A stretch of 64,000 nt of DNA from Fibrobacterales bacterium (GCA_051532035.1 JAOPTW010000012.1:32001-96000); one strand, 5' to 3'. Positions 18,942 through 29,193 are shown, numbered from the stretch's first letter. Notes: generated by a model from the letters alone, not told the origin. Translations and numbers: made by a program.

Positions 18942-21839
18942 ATGAGCAATAAATTTAATAGAGTAGTAAAGCTATATGGCCTGTTTGTTGATGGGGACGG
19001 TATTGTTAATAAAGAGTATGCTTTGAAGGAGTTGAATTGCTCAGAAAATACTTTTAAACGATTGTTAGCGGAGTTACGGAACTCTGGGATGCCCATTGAG
19101 TACGATCGAACGACCAAGATGTTTCAATGTGACCCTGCTGAACTTCATCGGTTTGAATTACCAGCTAGTGATGCTGGGGAAAAAATATTCAATCATTTAC
19201 AGCAGGTTAGAGTAAATCATCCGACTTCTGATTCTATGAAGGTATTTGCCGCTGGCTCTACATGGGGGGAAGTAAATAAAGCTTCAGAATTTTTTAAAAT
19301 GGGGGTTTGGGAATCTGGATATCAAGAAAAATATGCCGATGTAATAAGGTCGGCACAGCCTGGTGATGTAATCATACTTAAGTCAACCTATGCAACTAAA
19401 AATACTGGTTATTTACGAGTAAAAGGTGTTGGACATGTAATTCGAAATCTTGGTGATGGTAAAATGCTAGAAGTTGATTGGATTGTTATTAATAAAAAAA
19501 TCGACATACCAGAGCTGAGTAAATACAGGAATACATTTGGATTAATTACTGGGGCTGATCCAAAGATAATTTTGAATTCATTAAGAGAATACGGCATAGA
19601 TTTAAAAGATAACTTTACTTTTTCTATCAAGAAAAAAGAGACCGAAACTTATGCCAAGTTGGATTCTGATTCATATGATGGACCTGATTTATTAGGATTG
19701 TCTGCGGATTACAAGGCCTTTTCAAAAATTATAGTAGCATCTGACTTTAGGCCTCCGTTGGCAATAGCATTATTTGGTAATTGGGGGGCAGGCAAAAGCT
19801 TTTTTATGAAAAAAATAGAAGAGCAGATTGGTATTTACTCAATGGAAAAAGGCGACTCTCCATATTGCAAGGGAGTAGCTCACATTGGTTTCAATGCATG
19901 GTCTTATCTTGATACAAATCTTTGGGCTGGTATTATTACGACTATTTTTGAGGGTTTAGACAAATATATTAATGATAATTCTGGGAGTGAGAAATACAAG
20001 ACGGGGGTTAAAAATGAACTTATTAAAAATTTGAACTTCACAAATGAAGAATATGAGCGGTTAAAATATGAAAAATCAATTTTAACAAGCAGAACAGGCA
20101 AATTGGAAGAACTAAAAAAACAGCTAGAAGATGATTTGTCTAAAAAGAATAAAGAAATAGGTGTAAATACTTTGACAAACGCTTATGCTAAAGTAAATGA
20201 GGAATTTGATTTAGATCAAAGGTTTGATGAAATTAGAAATGAATACCAATTACCTACTTTAAAAAAAGAGGACCTAAAGTTTTTTATAGCCAAAAATGGT
20301 ATTAAAGGAATTACTTCGTTATCATCGAAAATGATTGCTTTTAACGGTCTATTTAGTGCTGTATTTAGATGGCAGGTCTTGAGTGGGTTGATAGTAGGGG
20401 CTATTATATTAGGAGCCTATTGGTTGTGTTTAATTGTAATGAGCAAATTTGAAATATCGACTATTTTTAATAACCTGTCAACAAATCTATTACTTCCAAT
20501 TTTTGGAGCTGTCTCTGGATATTTAGCCTCTATAAAGAAAATACTTCCTTGGGTGACGTTTCTATGGAGGCTTAAAAATGATCATAAAAACAAACTGAAT
20601 GAAGAAAAAGATAAATGGTTACAAATATCTCAATCTACTGAACTTGAAAGAGTGGCACTAAGTGATCAGATTAGTAGGGTAGAGTTTGATATGGTAAATA
20701 TTAAACTTGAAAATGAAAAATTATCACATACATTAGAAAATACACTTACGACTGAAGCGCTGAAGCTATTTATAGCCCAAAAAGCAAATGGAGCAGGGTA
20801 TTCTCAATACTTAGGTTTAGTTTCATTGATAAGAAAAGATTTAAACATCTTAAGTGAACTGTTTTTAGAAAGTGATAAAGAAGTAAATTTTTTAAAAAAT
20901 ATGGATAAACCATTAGAACGAATAGTGCTCTATATTGACGACTTAGATAGGTGCCCAGAAAACAGAGTTGTTGAGGTGCTTGAAGCTGTAAATTTGTTGA
21001 TGGCATTTCCCCTTTTTGTTGTAGTTGTTGGGGTTGATCAACGTTGGGTTGAAAAATCATTGGACTTTCATCACAAACCAATTAACGAAAATAGATGCCA
21101 ATGTTCAACTAATGATGATCAAAAAGATGTAGTCATCAGTGCAAAAAATTATTTAGAAAAAATATTTCAAGTTCCATTCCATTTAAAGGCTGCGAATGAG
21201 CAGAGTGTTAAAAAAATGGTTGATGACCTTTGTTATAGCTCGATAACTTTAGGTGAAAAAATAAATGATAACGGTAGTGATTATTTTAGCTCAGACGAAA
21301 CGCAGAATAGCACTAGATTTTTTGATCAAGAGGACATGGTACAAGACTCTAAGTCGATACCTTTTGACGCATTAAATCACCCACAAATGGAAAAGATAAC
21401 TTCTATAATATTATCAGATTTTGAAATTAATATGTTAAAGGATTTTACTTTTCTAATTGGAAAGAATCCAAGAGCTGTAAAAAGATTTATTAATACATAC
21501 CGAATAATTCGAACTCATGAAGATATTCAGGCGATTAATAATGATAAAGAAGTCTTGTATACTTCAATTATGTTATTGTTAGCGCTACCAATTGGTAGAT
21601 TCGATAGGTTTGTTGCATCATTGGGGGAATTTATAAATGTTGGTAATGGAACTTTTTATGAGTATTTTGAATCAATAGAGGATATAGGTATGGTTAGTGA
21701 TGCTCAAGATATCAGGATCTTTTTTGAGCGAGATAGATATAGGGAAACGATCCTCAATGCTCAAGTAAATGATTTAAAAGATTTAGCAGTAATTGTTTCA
21801 CGTTTTACGTTTCAAAATGTGTTCCAGGAATCATTTTGA
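18942..21839 (+). CDS. KAP-family P-loop NTPase with N-terminal wHTH and PUA/EVE-like domain and two TM helices
   Basis: Walker A GNWGAGKS, FNAWSY, Walker B LYIDDLDRC, YLEKIFQVPF, NPRAVKRFIN. Confidence 0.88.
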   Translation: MSNKFNRVVKLYGLFVDGDGIVNKEYALKELNCSENTFKRLLAELRNSGMPIEYDRTTKMFQCDPAELHRFELPASDAGEKIFNHLQQVRVNHPTSDSMKVFAAGSTWGEVNKASEFFKMGVWESGYQEKYADVIRSAQPGDVIILKSTYATKNTGYLRVKGVGHVIRNLGDGKMLEVDWIVINKKIDIPELSKYRNTFGLITGADPKIILNSLREYGIDLKDNFTFSIKKKETETYAKLDSDSYDGPDLLGLSADYKAFSKIIVASDFRPPLAIALFGNWGAGKSFFMKKIEEQIGIYSMEKGDSPYCKGVAHIGFNAWSYLDTNLWAGIITTIFEGLDKYINDNSGSEKYKTGVKNELIKNLNFTNEEYERLKYEKSILTSRTGKLEELKKQLEDDLSKKNKEIGVNTLTNAYAKVNEEFDLDQRFDEIRNEYQLPTLKKEDLKFFIAKNGIKGITSLSSKMIAFNGLFSAVFRWQVLSGLIVGAIILGAYWLCLIVMSKFEISTIFNNLSTNLLLPIFGAVSGYLASIKKILPWVTFLWRLKNDHKNKLNEEKDKWLQISQSTELERVALSDQISRVEFDMVNIKLENEKLSHTLENTLTTEALKLFIAQKANGAGYSQYLGLVSLIRKDLNILSELFLESDKEVNFLKNMDKPLERIVLYIDDLDRCPENRVVEVLEAVNLLMAFPLFVVVVGVDQRWVEKSLDFHHKPINENRCQCSTNDDQKDVVISAKNYLEKIFQVPFHLKAANEQSVKKMVDDLCYSSITLGEKINDNGSDYFSSDETQNSTRFFDQEDMVQDSKSIPFDALNHPQMEKITSIILSDFEINMLKDFTFLIGKNPRAVKRFINTYRIIRTHEDIQAINNDKEVLYTSIMLLLALPIGRFDRFVASLGEFINVGNGTFYEYFESIEDIGMVSDAQDIRIFFERDRYRETILNAQVNDLKDLAVIVSRFTFQNVFQESF

Positions 21840-21920
21840 TTTTCTGAGTAAATTGTCATCAATAATACCAATATCAGCAGTTGGAATAGCTGAAAGTTAA
21901 ACTAAAATAATGAGGTCTAT

Positions 21921-22877
21921 ATGAATCCAAAAGTTTTTTTAAGTCATGCCAGTGAGGACAAAGAAAGGTTTGTTATTGAATTTGCAAAACAGTTAAGGTC
22001 CAAAGGCGTAGATATATGGTTAGATAAATGGGAAATGTTTGTCGGTGATAGTCTAGTTGATAAAATATTTGAAGAAGGGTTAAAAGAAGCGGAAGCTATA
22101 ATCATTGTCATTTCCGAAAATAGTATAAATAAGCCATGGGTAAAAGAAGAGCTGAATGCAGCTATTGTGAGACGTATATCAAATGGGACAAAAATATTAC
22201 CTGTTATTATTGATGACTGTGAAGTACCTATGTCTTTAGTTTCAACTATCTGGGAAAAAATCTCCAATCTAGAGTCATATGATAATAGTGTGCGTACAAT
22301 TGTTAACTCTATTTTCGGTTTAAACGATAAGCCAGCTTTGGGAGATGTACCGCAACATGTCTCATCAAAATATTTTGAAATTGCTGAGCTCACAAAATCA
22401 GATAATATCGTATTAAAAGGCCTGTGTGAACATGTTTTAAAAAGTGATTCAGAACATTTGGATCCAGAAGTGGTTTTTGGTGATGGATCATATATTGGAT
22501 TGAGCGAAGATGAAATAAAGGAATGTATTGATATTTTAGAAGATATGTATTTTATTAAAGTTTCTAGGTTTTCTAGTGGAAATTTTCAGTATAGTTACCA
22601 TTGCCTTATTAGAATCACAGCTTTTGGGTTTCATGAATATGCATGTGCTTATTTGTCAAATTATGACGATACAATAAATAAAACTGTGTCAATGATTGTG
22701 AATGAAAATATCCATTCAGCCCAGATAGTCCACGAAAAATTAGATGTCAATCTCTATATTGTTAATTCAATTTTTCAACTACTCGAGGATAATGGTCATG
22801 TCGTACTTAGTTCAATGGTTAGTCCTTTTGAAAACATAAATAAAGTTGAAGTAAGTTTAAAAAGATCATTGCGGTAA
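21921..22877 (+). CDS. TIR-domain (TIR_2-type) protein with C-terminal extension
   Basis: KVFLSHASEDK, IWLDKWE, GDSL, WVKEEL. Confidence 0.9.
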   Translation: MNPKVFLSHASEDKERFVIEFAKQLRSKGVDIWLDKWEMFVGDSLVDKIFEEGLKEAEAIIIVISENSINKPWVKEELNAAIVRRISNGTKILPVIIDDCEVPMSLVSTIWEKISNLESYDNSVRTIVNSIFGLNDKPALGDVPQHVSSKYFEIAELTKSDNIVLKGLCEHVLKSDSEHLDPEVVFGDGSYIGLSEDEIKECIDILEDMYFIKVSRFSSGNFQYSYHCLIRITAFGFHEYACAYLSNYDDTINKTVSMIVNENIHSAQIVHEKLDVNLYIVNSIFQLLEDNGHVVLSSMVSPFENINKVEVSLKRSLR

Positions 22878-23123
22878 TTCTTTCGATTGCCAACATTGAT
22901 AACGCAAGATGAATTAGACTCAGGGGATAAGTTTTTAATATACTGATGCAGTAGATTTGTATGCATCTTAGTTCATGCTAAACTTTTGCTTAAGATAATG
23001 GGCGAAAGGGGGGGACAAATGAATTCGTTATTATTAAAAAGGAAATTATGATACTCACCATAGTTACTATAATTATTATAATAATGGTGATAATGTTTGG
23101 ACTTCACCCGATTTAGTGGTCAG

Positions 23124-23984
23124 TTAAGCAGCAAATTTTCTCTTCTCAAATTCCATCGGGCTGATGAAACCAAGATGACTATGCCGACGTCTTGAATTAT
23201 AGAAAGTTTCAATGTATTCAAACACTTCTGCACGAGCTTCATTACGAGTTCTATAAATTTTTCCCTGTATTTTTTCTTTTTTGATGGTACTATTGAAGGA
23301 TTCAATCGCTGCGTTATCAAAACAGTTACCTCGTCTACTCATACTAACCTCAAGATTATGATCTCTGCAAAAGCGTTTCCAAGAATCAGAGCCATATTGG
23401 GAACCTTGATCTGAATGAATATTTACCTTATTTTTTGGTTTTCGATTAAATACTGCCATTGTAAGCGCATCAAGAACAAGGTCCTTTTTCATGTGGCCCT
23501 GCATTGAGTACCCAACAACACCCCTGGTGCAAAGGTCTTCGACTACCGCAAGATACAACCAGCCTTCATAGGTTTGAATTTGAGTTATATCAGTCACCCA
23601 TACTTTATTCGGTTTCGAGATACTGAATTCTTGATTGACTAAATTAGGATGAGTATTATCGGGTTTTGAATACTTCTGCTTTCTCTTTTTGTAGCTACGA
23701 ATAGGTCTTATAGCAGCTTGATGCATTAATCGTGCAACTCTCTTCTGTCCTATACTCCAGCCAGCTTCTTTTAAATCGTGATAAATCCTAGGGGTTCCAT
23801 AGGTTTCATGACTTTCAGCAAAGAAGTATTTTACCTCTTTAAGAATCTGCTGATCCTCTATAGCCCTGTCAGATAAAGGTTTATCGAGCCATTTGTAAAA
23901 TCCAGATTTGGTGATTTCCAAAACTTTACACATCAATGATATAGGGAATACCATTTTGTTATCCTTGATAAAGGTGTAACTCAA
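23124..23984 (-). CDS. IS3 OrfB, DDE transposase domain
   Basis: YGTPRI, WVTDIT, HSDQGSQY, DNAAIESF, YNSRRRHS. Confidence 0.93.
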   Translation of the reverse strand: MSYTFIKDNKMVFPISLMCKVLEITKSGFYKWLDKPLSDRAIEDQQILKEVKYFFAESHETYGTPRIYHDLKEAGWSIGQKRVARLMHQAAIRPIRSYKKRKQKYSKPDNTHPNLVNQEFSISKPNKVWVTDITQIQTYEGWLYLAVVEDLCTRGVVGYSMQGHMKKDLVLDALTMAVFNRKPKNKVNIHSDQGSQYGSDSWKRFCRDHNLEVSMSRRGNCFDNAAIESFNSTIKKEKIQGKIYRTRNEARAEVFEYIETFYNSRRRHSHLGFISPMEFEKRKFAA

Positions 23985-24253
23985 TTGGATTCGTTTGCGA
24001 AGTACACCGCGGCCTTTTTTAAGATATCTCGTTCTTGCTGAGCTTTTTTTTACTCCTTTCGAAGACGAGCATTTTCATCTTCAAGGGAATTAATATTAGT
24101 AGTCTTTTTGTGAATGCGTTGACCATTGAGCCATTTGTAAATTGTTGGATTAGATACTCCAAGACGATCGCATTTTTCTTTTACAGAATAGTCCTTCTCT
24201 CGAACTAGGTTGATAGCATCTTTCTTGAATTGATCTGAATATGATTTTGACAT
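23981..24253 (-). pseudogene. IS3 OrfA (HTH) with in-frame TAA at 24050-24052
   Basis: ...ENARLRKE*KKAQQERDILKKAAVYFANESN*; the frame continues with the canonical ERDILKKA motif. Confidence 0.85.
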
Positions 24254-24544
24254 GGACTTTCTCCAGTTATAAAATGTAGATTTTTATTGTACACTATAAC
24301 GGGTGAAGTCCAATACGCACCTAGGCGGACAGTGTTCTTGGCTGACTCCTAAGGAATTGCACATATAACAGGTCTTATTGCTCATATTTGTTTATCTTCA
24401 TTTTTTAATCTACGAGTAAACTCGATCTAAGTCCTATGATACCTTTATAATAATGGGATGATATTAGGTGAAATCTAGTTAATTATTGAATTAACCACTA
24501 AAAATATCAATATTTAACTTACAGCACAACTAAAGAGGTTTTGA

Positions 24545-24724
24545 GTGGATAATCGTTGGCTTTCAGTAGAAGAGATTGGTGATTATATGGGTGTTAAGAA
24601 GGATACAGTTTATATGTTTATTAAAGGCAGAGGAATGCCCGCTCATAAAATTGGTAAAGCATGGAAATTTCAAACAACTTAAGTTGATGTATGGGTTAGA
24701 GAAGGAAAGGCAGGTGAAAAATGA
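24545..24724 (+). pseudogene. Excisionase-like HTH_17 regulator with in-frame TAA at 24680-24682 (not in ORF track)
   Basis: MDNRWLSVEEIGDYMGVKKDTVYMFIKGRGMPAHKIGKAWKFQTT*VDVWVREGKAGEK*; final stop overlaps the next start (ATGA). Confidence 0.85.
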
Positions 24725-25890
24725 AAATTCAAACTGAAACTGAAAAATGTATTACGGAAGATGATTTTGCTGAAGTAGAGAATAATGACACAACGCCTGA
24801 AAATGATAATGAAGAAGATCTTTCTGAACCAGTAATCCAGGAACCTTTCAATCCAGCTGAAATAAATATTACCCATAAACAAGATACTCTACGTAACCTT
24901 ATAGACCGATTGAGTGATAAAGAAATTGATATGAATACAGACTTTCAGCGCCATGCAGAATTATGGGATAATGCTAAAATGTCTAGGCTTATAGAATCAA
25001 TACTCATTCGTTTTCCTTTACCTGCATTTTATTTTGATGCCTCCAATGAAGATAATTGGCTAATTGTTGATGGACTACAGCGGCTTTCTGCAATCAGAAA
25101 ATTCGTAATTGATAAGAAGCTAAAACTACGTGGTTTGGAATACCTTAAAAAAGATTTTGATGGGTTAGGGTATGATGACCTTCCCAAAACCTATAAAAGA
25201 AGAATCAATGAATGTCCTGTAACTTTATTTCTAATTCAAGCTGGAACACCTGATGCAGTAAAATATTCAATATTTAGAAGAATCAATACTGGTGGTTTAG
25301 TTTTAAATGATCAAGAAATTCGTAATGCTATGGCCAAACCAGACATACGTAGTTATTTGGAAAATATAGCCGATGATGATGATTTAAAAAAAGCAATTGG
25401 AGACCAGTCTCGCAGAATGGTTGATCAAGAAATGGTTCTTAGATTTTTAGCTTTTCATTTTATGGACTATGAATCTAGTAAAAAGAATATCGCCACTTTC
25501 TTAGACGAAATGATTGATAAACTTGAAAACTCCAGTAAGAGTGATTTAGAGAATTATCGAGAATCCTTCCAAACTGCTATTAAAAGAAGCTTAGGAATAT
25601 TTGGTGATTCAGCTTTTGAAAAATGTATAAATGGCCAAAATTCAAGACGACGACGACGAAAGAGCTCTACTCTCTTTGAAGTTTGGACGAATGCCCTTGT
25701 GCAGTTAAATGAGGCTGATAGCTTAGTTCTTCTCAACAATAAGCAGCTATTGATAGATAAGCACATTGATCTAATGTCTAATGATAATGATTATTTTCGA
25801 TCTATCACCTATTCTACTCAGAAAAAAGATCACTTTCGTACAAGGCGAGATAAAGTAAATACAATAATTAATGAGGTTCTTAATGCTTAA
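24721..25890 (+). CDS. DUF262 (ParB-like) protein, Menshen NsnA-like
   Basis: DFQR...W, LIESIL..FPLP, IVDGLQRL, IFRRINTGG..LNDQEIRNA. Confidence 0.88.
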   Translation: MKIQTETEKCITEDDFAEVENNDTTPENDNEEDLSEPVIQEPFNPAEINITHKQDTLRNLIDRLSDKEIDMNTDFQRHAELWDNAKMSRLIESILIRFPLPAFYFDASNEDNWLIVDGLQRLSAIRKFVIDKKLKLRGLEYLKKDFDGLGYDDLPKTYKRRINECPVTLFLIQAGTPDAVKYSIFRRINTGGLVLNDQEIRNAMAKPDIRSYLENIADDDDLKKAIGDQSRRMVDQEMVLRFLAFHFMDYESSKKNIATFLDEMIDKLENSSKSDLENYRESFQTAIKRSLGIFGDSAFEKCINGQNSRRRRRKSSTLFEVWTNALVQLNEADSLVLLNNKQLLIDKHIDLMSNDNDYFRSITYSTQKKDHFRTRRDKVNTIINEVLNA

Positions 25891-26986
25891 TTTTATTAGA
25901 ATTCAACGATTTAAGGCTCTTAATGATGCAAGTTTTCCATTAGCCTCTCTTAATCTTTTTAGCGGATTAAATGGGATGGGAAAATCATCTGTAATCCAAG
26001 CTTTGCTTCTTTTAAGGCAATCTGAAGAAAACCACACATTATTAAATAAAGGGTTATTGCTTAAAGGAGACTATGTTTCAGTGGGCACAGGGCAAGATAT
26101 TCTTTCAGAAAATGCCGAAAAGGAAACAATAGAGTTTACACTTACGTGGAACAGTGATAAACCCGTTAATTTTATTTTTAATTATTCGGGTAAATCTGAT
26201 CTTCAGCCTCTTGGTTCAAAACTTGTTATTTCGCATAAAAATGATCTAAACCTTTTTTCAAAAAAATTCCAGTACCTTTCTGCTGATCGGATAAGTCCAA
26301 AAGCTGCTTATGAGGCATCTGATTATTATATTAAGGATTTGAACTCTTTAGGTAATCACGGAGAATATACAGCGCATTATATTGCTGAAAATGGACTAGA
26401 TCCATTGCCTATAAAAGCTTTAAAGCACCCTGATGCTCCATCTCTTTCATTGTTGGATAGTCTCGATAAATGGATGTCAGAAATATCACCTGGAATAAGA
26501 ATACATGCACAGCTGCATCAGACTCTAAATTCCGTTTCTTTGAATTATGCTTTTGAACAAGGTAATGAGATGACTGCTGATTTTAAACCTCAAAATGTTG
26601 GTTTTGGACTTACTTTTGTACTGCCAGTTTTGGTCGCTATACTAAGATCAAAACCAGGAGATATGCTCATTATTGAAAATCCTGAAGCACATTTGCACCC
26701 TGGGGGACAGTCAGTTTTGGGCCGTCTCTGCTCTTTGGCTGCAAAAAATAATGTGCAACTCTTTATTGAATCTCATTCAGATCATTTTTTGAATGGAATA
26801 CGTGTTGCAATTAAACAGGGTGTTATTCCTAATCAAGATGTCAAACTTTTTTACCTTGAAAGAAGTACCGATTCTACACATGAATCAATTGTAATTTCAC
26901 CAAAAATTGATAGTAATGGAAGAATTGATATTTGGCCACAAGGTTTTTTTGATGAAAGTGATAAGCTGTTGGAGAAGCTTTTATGA
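25883..26986 (+). CDS. ABC-type ATPase with C-terminal DUF3696, Menshen NsnB-like
   Basis: GLNGMGKSS, NVGFG, IIENPEAHLHP, ESHSDH, WPQGFFDE. Confidence 0.88.
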   Translation: MLNFIRIQRFKALNDASFPLASLNLFSGLNGMGKSSVIQALLLLRQSEENHTLLNKGLLLKGDYVSVGTGQDILSENAEKETIEFTLTWNSDKPVNFIFNYSGKSDLQPLGSKLVISHKNDLNLFSKKFQYLSADRISPKAAYEASDYYIKDLNSLGNHGEYTAHYIAENGLDPLPIKALKHPDAPSLSLLDSLDKWMSEISPGIRIHAQLHQTLNSVSLNYAFEQGNEMTADFKPQNVGFGLTFVLPVLVAILRSKPGDMLIIENPEAHLHPGGQSVLGRLCSLAAKNNVQLFIESHSDHFLNGIRVAIKQGVIPNQDVKLFYLERSTDSTHESIVISPKIDSNGRIDIWPQGFFDESDKLLEKLL

Positions 26987-27960
26987 TGTCAAGTATGGTG
27001 TTTAATCATCATTCGTTACCATTCAGTTCAGCTATGGAGGCAGACAGCAGTGTATTAGAGTTTTTGAAAATATGCATAAAAGCTCAAAATGTTGGCATTA
27101 AAACCGTTTTGATTGATGATGTTATTGATAAAAGTTGGTTCCGTGTCGAGCTTTCGAGTGGATATTATTGGCAAGATTGGTTTAACTCACATAATACCGA
27201 TGATAACAAAGATATAATACGCGTATTTAGAAGTGTAAACATTCAACAGCCATTATTTCGTTCTAAAGATATTGAAGAAGGAGCTGAGCTTTTTGAAGTC
27301 AATATTATAGATGAGAAATCATATTCAGCGATTACAGCTGCAGCGTGGCATCAGTGCCCTCTTGTTAGCTTTCCAACTGAATCCCTTTGGAAAACCCCTT
27401 TAATAAGCATAAAAATCAGAACACTAAATCGTTTAGCTGAAATAGTATCTACCCAAAGTAGTGTATTGAACTTTTTTTCCATTCGTTCATTTGAAAATGA
27501 AATAGATAATCTTATAAAACAGAGAAATGATTTAATTAAATCTGGAAAACAGATTGTCGAGCAGCGTAATACCTTTTTCACAAATGTGATTTTTTGTGGA
27601 GATTCCGTCCAGCAATTGCAGTATTGGTCAGCAAATAAAACATTGTTAGAGCAAGTCAAAGAGTCAATAACAGTTCTTAATAAATTTAGTGACTTATGGA
27701 AAATAGGAACATATCAAGCATATAACAAAGAGGCGTTACAGCAAGAAGGCTTAAATCATAGAGTTAGTGGGGAATCTGAAACAGTTCTTAATACTCCAAA
27801 TTTGAGGGCTGAACGTGAATTTTGGTTGCCAACTGGAGTAAAAAAAATATTTGATAACCATGTGAAATTAAGTAATGGCTATCGCTTGCATTTTTATCCT
27901 TGCAATGAATCAAAAAATATTTATGTCGGGCATATAGGTCCGCATTTAAATCTTTCTTAA
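26983..27960 (+). CDS. Putative effector with RelE-like C-terminus, Menshen NsnC-like
   Basis: Overlaps the ATPase stop; SGESETV...R.F...FDNHVKL...RLHFYP...IYVGHIGPHL. Confidence 0.65.
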   Translation: MMSSMVFNHHSLPFSSAMEADSSVLEFLKICIKAQNVGIKTVLIDDVIDKSWFRVELSSGYYWQDWFNSHNTDDNKDIIRVFRSVNIQQPLFRSKDIEEGAELFEVNIIDEKSYSAITAAAWHQCPLVSFPTESLWKTPLISIKIRTLNRLAEIVSTQSSVLNFFSIRSFENEIDNLIKQRNDLIKSGKQIVEQRNTFFTNVIFCGDSVQQLQYWSANKTLLEQVKESITVLNKFSDLWKIGTYQAYNKEALQQEGLNHRVSGESETVLNTPNLRAEREFWLPTGVKKIFDNHVKLSNGYRLHFYPCNESKNIYVGHIGPHLNLS

Positions 27961-28299
27961 AAACCTGAATAGTGTAAGATGGTCACACTACACCATCGTA
28001 GCTTCGTGTGTAATTTTGCGGGTTTTAAAAATTAATAAAAAACTTACGGGACTGAAAACAGAAACAAATGAGAATTGCAAAGAATATTGATAACCCCCGG
28101 CCACAGCACACAACACGAAAAGGCATCAATAAATTTCCATAAAGATGAAATTCACTGCTGCCATTTTCGGAACGTTGAACCTCTAGCACTGGTGGGATAT
28201 GTTCTACACATAAGCGGGTATGCCCCGATATATATCCATCATACTTTTAGGCTCACAGTAGTAAGAGACACTATTATGAACCTATCGAGTTCAATTCTC

Positions 28300-29193
28300 T
28301 TACCTAGGATGCGGTATAAAACGAATACTGTTATCCATCATCATAGGAATAATAAACTGATCGCGCTCGGGAATATATTCAAAATCGGCTCCAACCGTAT
28401 TGATTGAAAAGAGTGATGTAGTGTCACCAGTTACCGAAACTTCATAAACCGTTCCCGAAAAATAGTCATTGGTATACAGTGCACCGTTTGATGCAGGCTC
28501 GAGTCCATCAAGATTACCCAATGGCGTTTGAGTGACTGCGGTAATCTCTTGGGTTGTGAGAGATATTTTAATGATCGATCCAGGGATAGATGTTTCAAAG
28601 CCATTGCCACTAAATGTTCCCCACGATGCAGTCACGAGAGTCTCACCCTCTATATAGAGACCATTAGGATGATCGAGAAGGGGGTCTTGTATAAAAAGTG
28701 TTAGAGAGTCTTGCTCAAGGCGGTACAGAGCATTGCCCATCATATCAGAGACATAGATTTGCCCTGACTGATCAATGGCGAGATCATTCAGAAACAGAGC
28801 ATTACTATTAGGGTATCGTGCTATTATTGCCCCTGTAGGTATATCTATGGCCACAAGAGCGGTAATGTCTGACACATAGAGTGTGTTCTGATTAATGACC
28901 ATCCCTTTAGGGGCATTGAGCCCGGTCACCCATGTCGTGTCTATCATTGTGCCGTCCAAAGAGACTTTGGATATGAACCCTTGGCCATCATGTTCATTGG
29001 GTGCGCCTTGCACATTAGAGACATAGAGTAGATTTCGTTCAGAATCGTGAATGACTGATTCAGGAGTATCAAACCCGGTGAGAGTAGTATCGATCCCTTG
29101 AGCAAGGGTAGGCTGTGTTGTTGTGCTGCATCCTGAGATAAGGGCAGTAGTAAGAGTTGTTATAAGTGCGGCTGATCGTATGAACGGTATCAT
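28300..29193 (-). CDS. SMP-30/gluconolactonase-like beta-propeller lipoprotein
   Basis: Lipobox LISGC; PES, GLNAPKGM, FLNDL, PNGL, LDGL; GGAGG RBS before 29193. Confidence 0.8.
   Translation of the reverse strand: MIPFIRSAALITTLTTALISGCSTTTQPTLAQGIDTTLTGFDTPESVIHDSERNLLYVSNVQGAPNEHDGQGFISKVSLDGTMIDTTWVTGLNAPKGMVINQNTLYVSDITALVAIDIPTGAIIARYPNSNALFLNDLAIDQSGQIYVSDMMGNALYRLEQDSLTLFIQDPLLDHPNGLYIEGETLVTASWGTFSGNGFETSIPGSIIKISLTTQEITAVTQTPLGNLDGLEPASNGALYTNDYFSGTVYEVSVTGDTTSLFSINTVGADFEYIPERDQFIIPMMMDNSIRFIPHPR

Larger units (their letters stand above)
23098..24312 (-). mobile_element. IS3-family insertion sequence (1215 bp)
   Basis: TG...CA termini; 25-bp inverted repeats TGGACTTCACCCGATTTAGTGGTCA / TGGACTTCACCCGTTATAGTGTACA (21/25 identical); orfA and orfB; A6G motif at 24014-24020. 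Confidence 0.95.

Noticed and set aside
21921..22877. Thoeris, CBASS or Pycsar assignment for the TIR gene
   Set aside because: No ThsA-like effector or cyclase in the neighbourhood
21840..23097. Integron cassette/attC around the TIR gene
   Set aside because: Only an isolated GTTAAAC; no paired R/L boxes and no integrase
24050..24682. Stop-codon reassignment explaining two nearby in-frame TAA codons
   Set aside because: TAA terminates many intact genes in the window; point mutation is simpler
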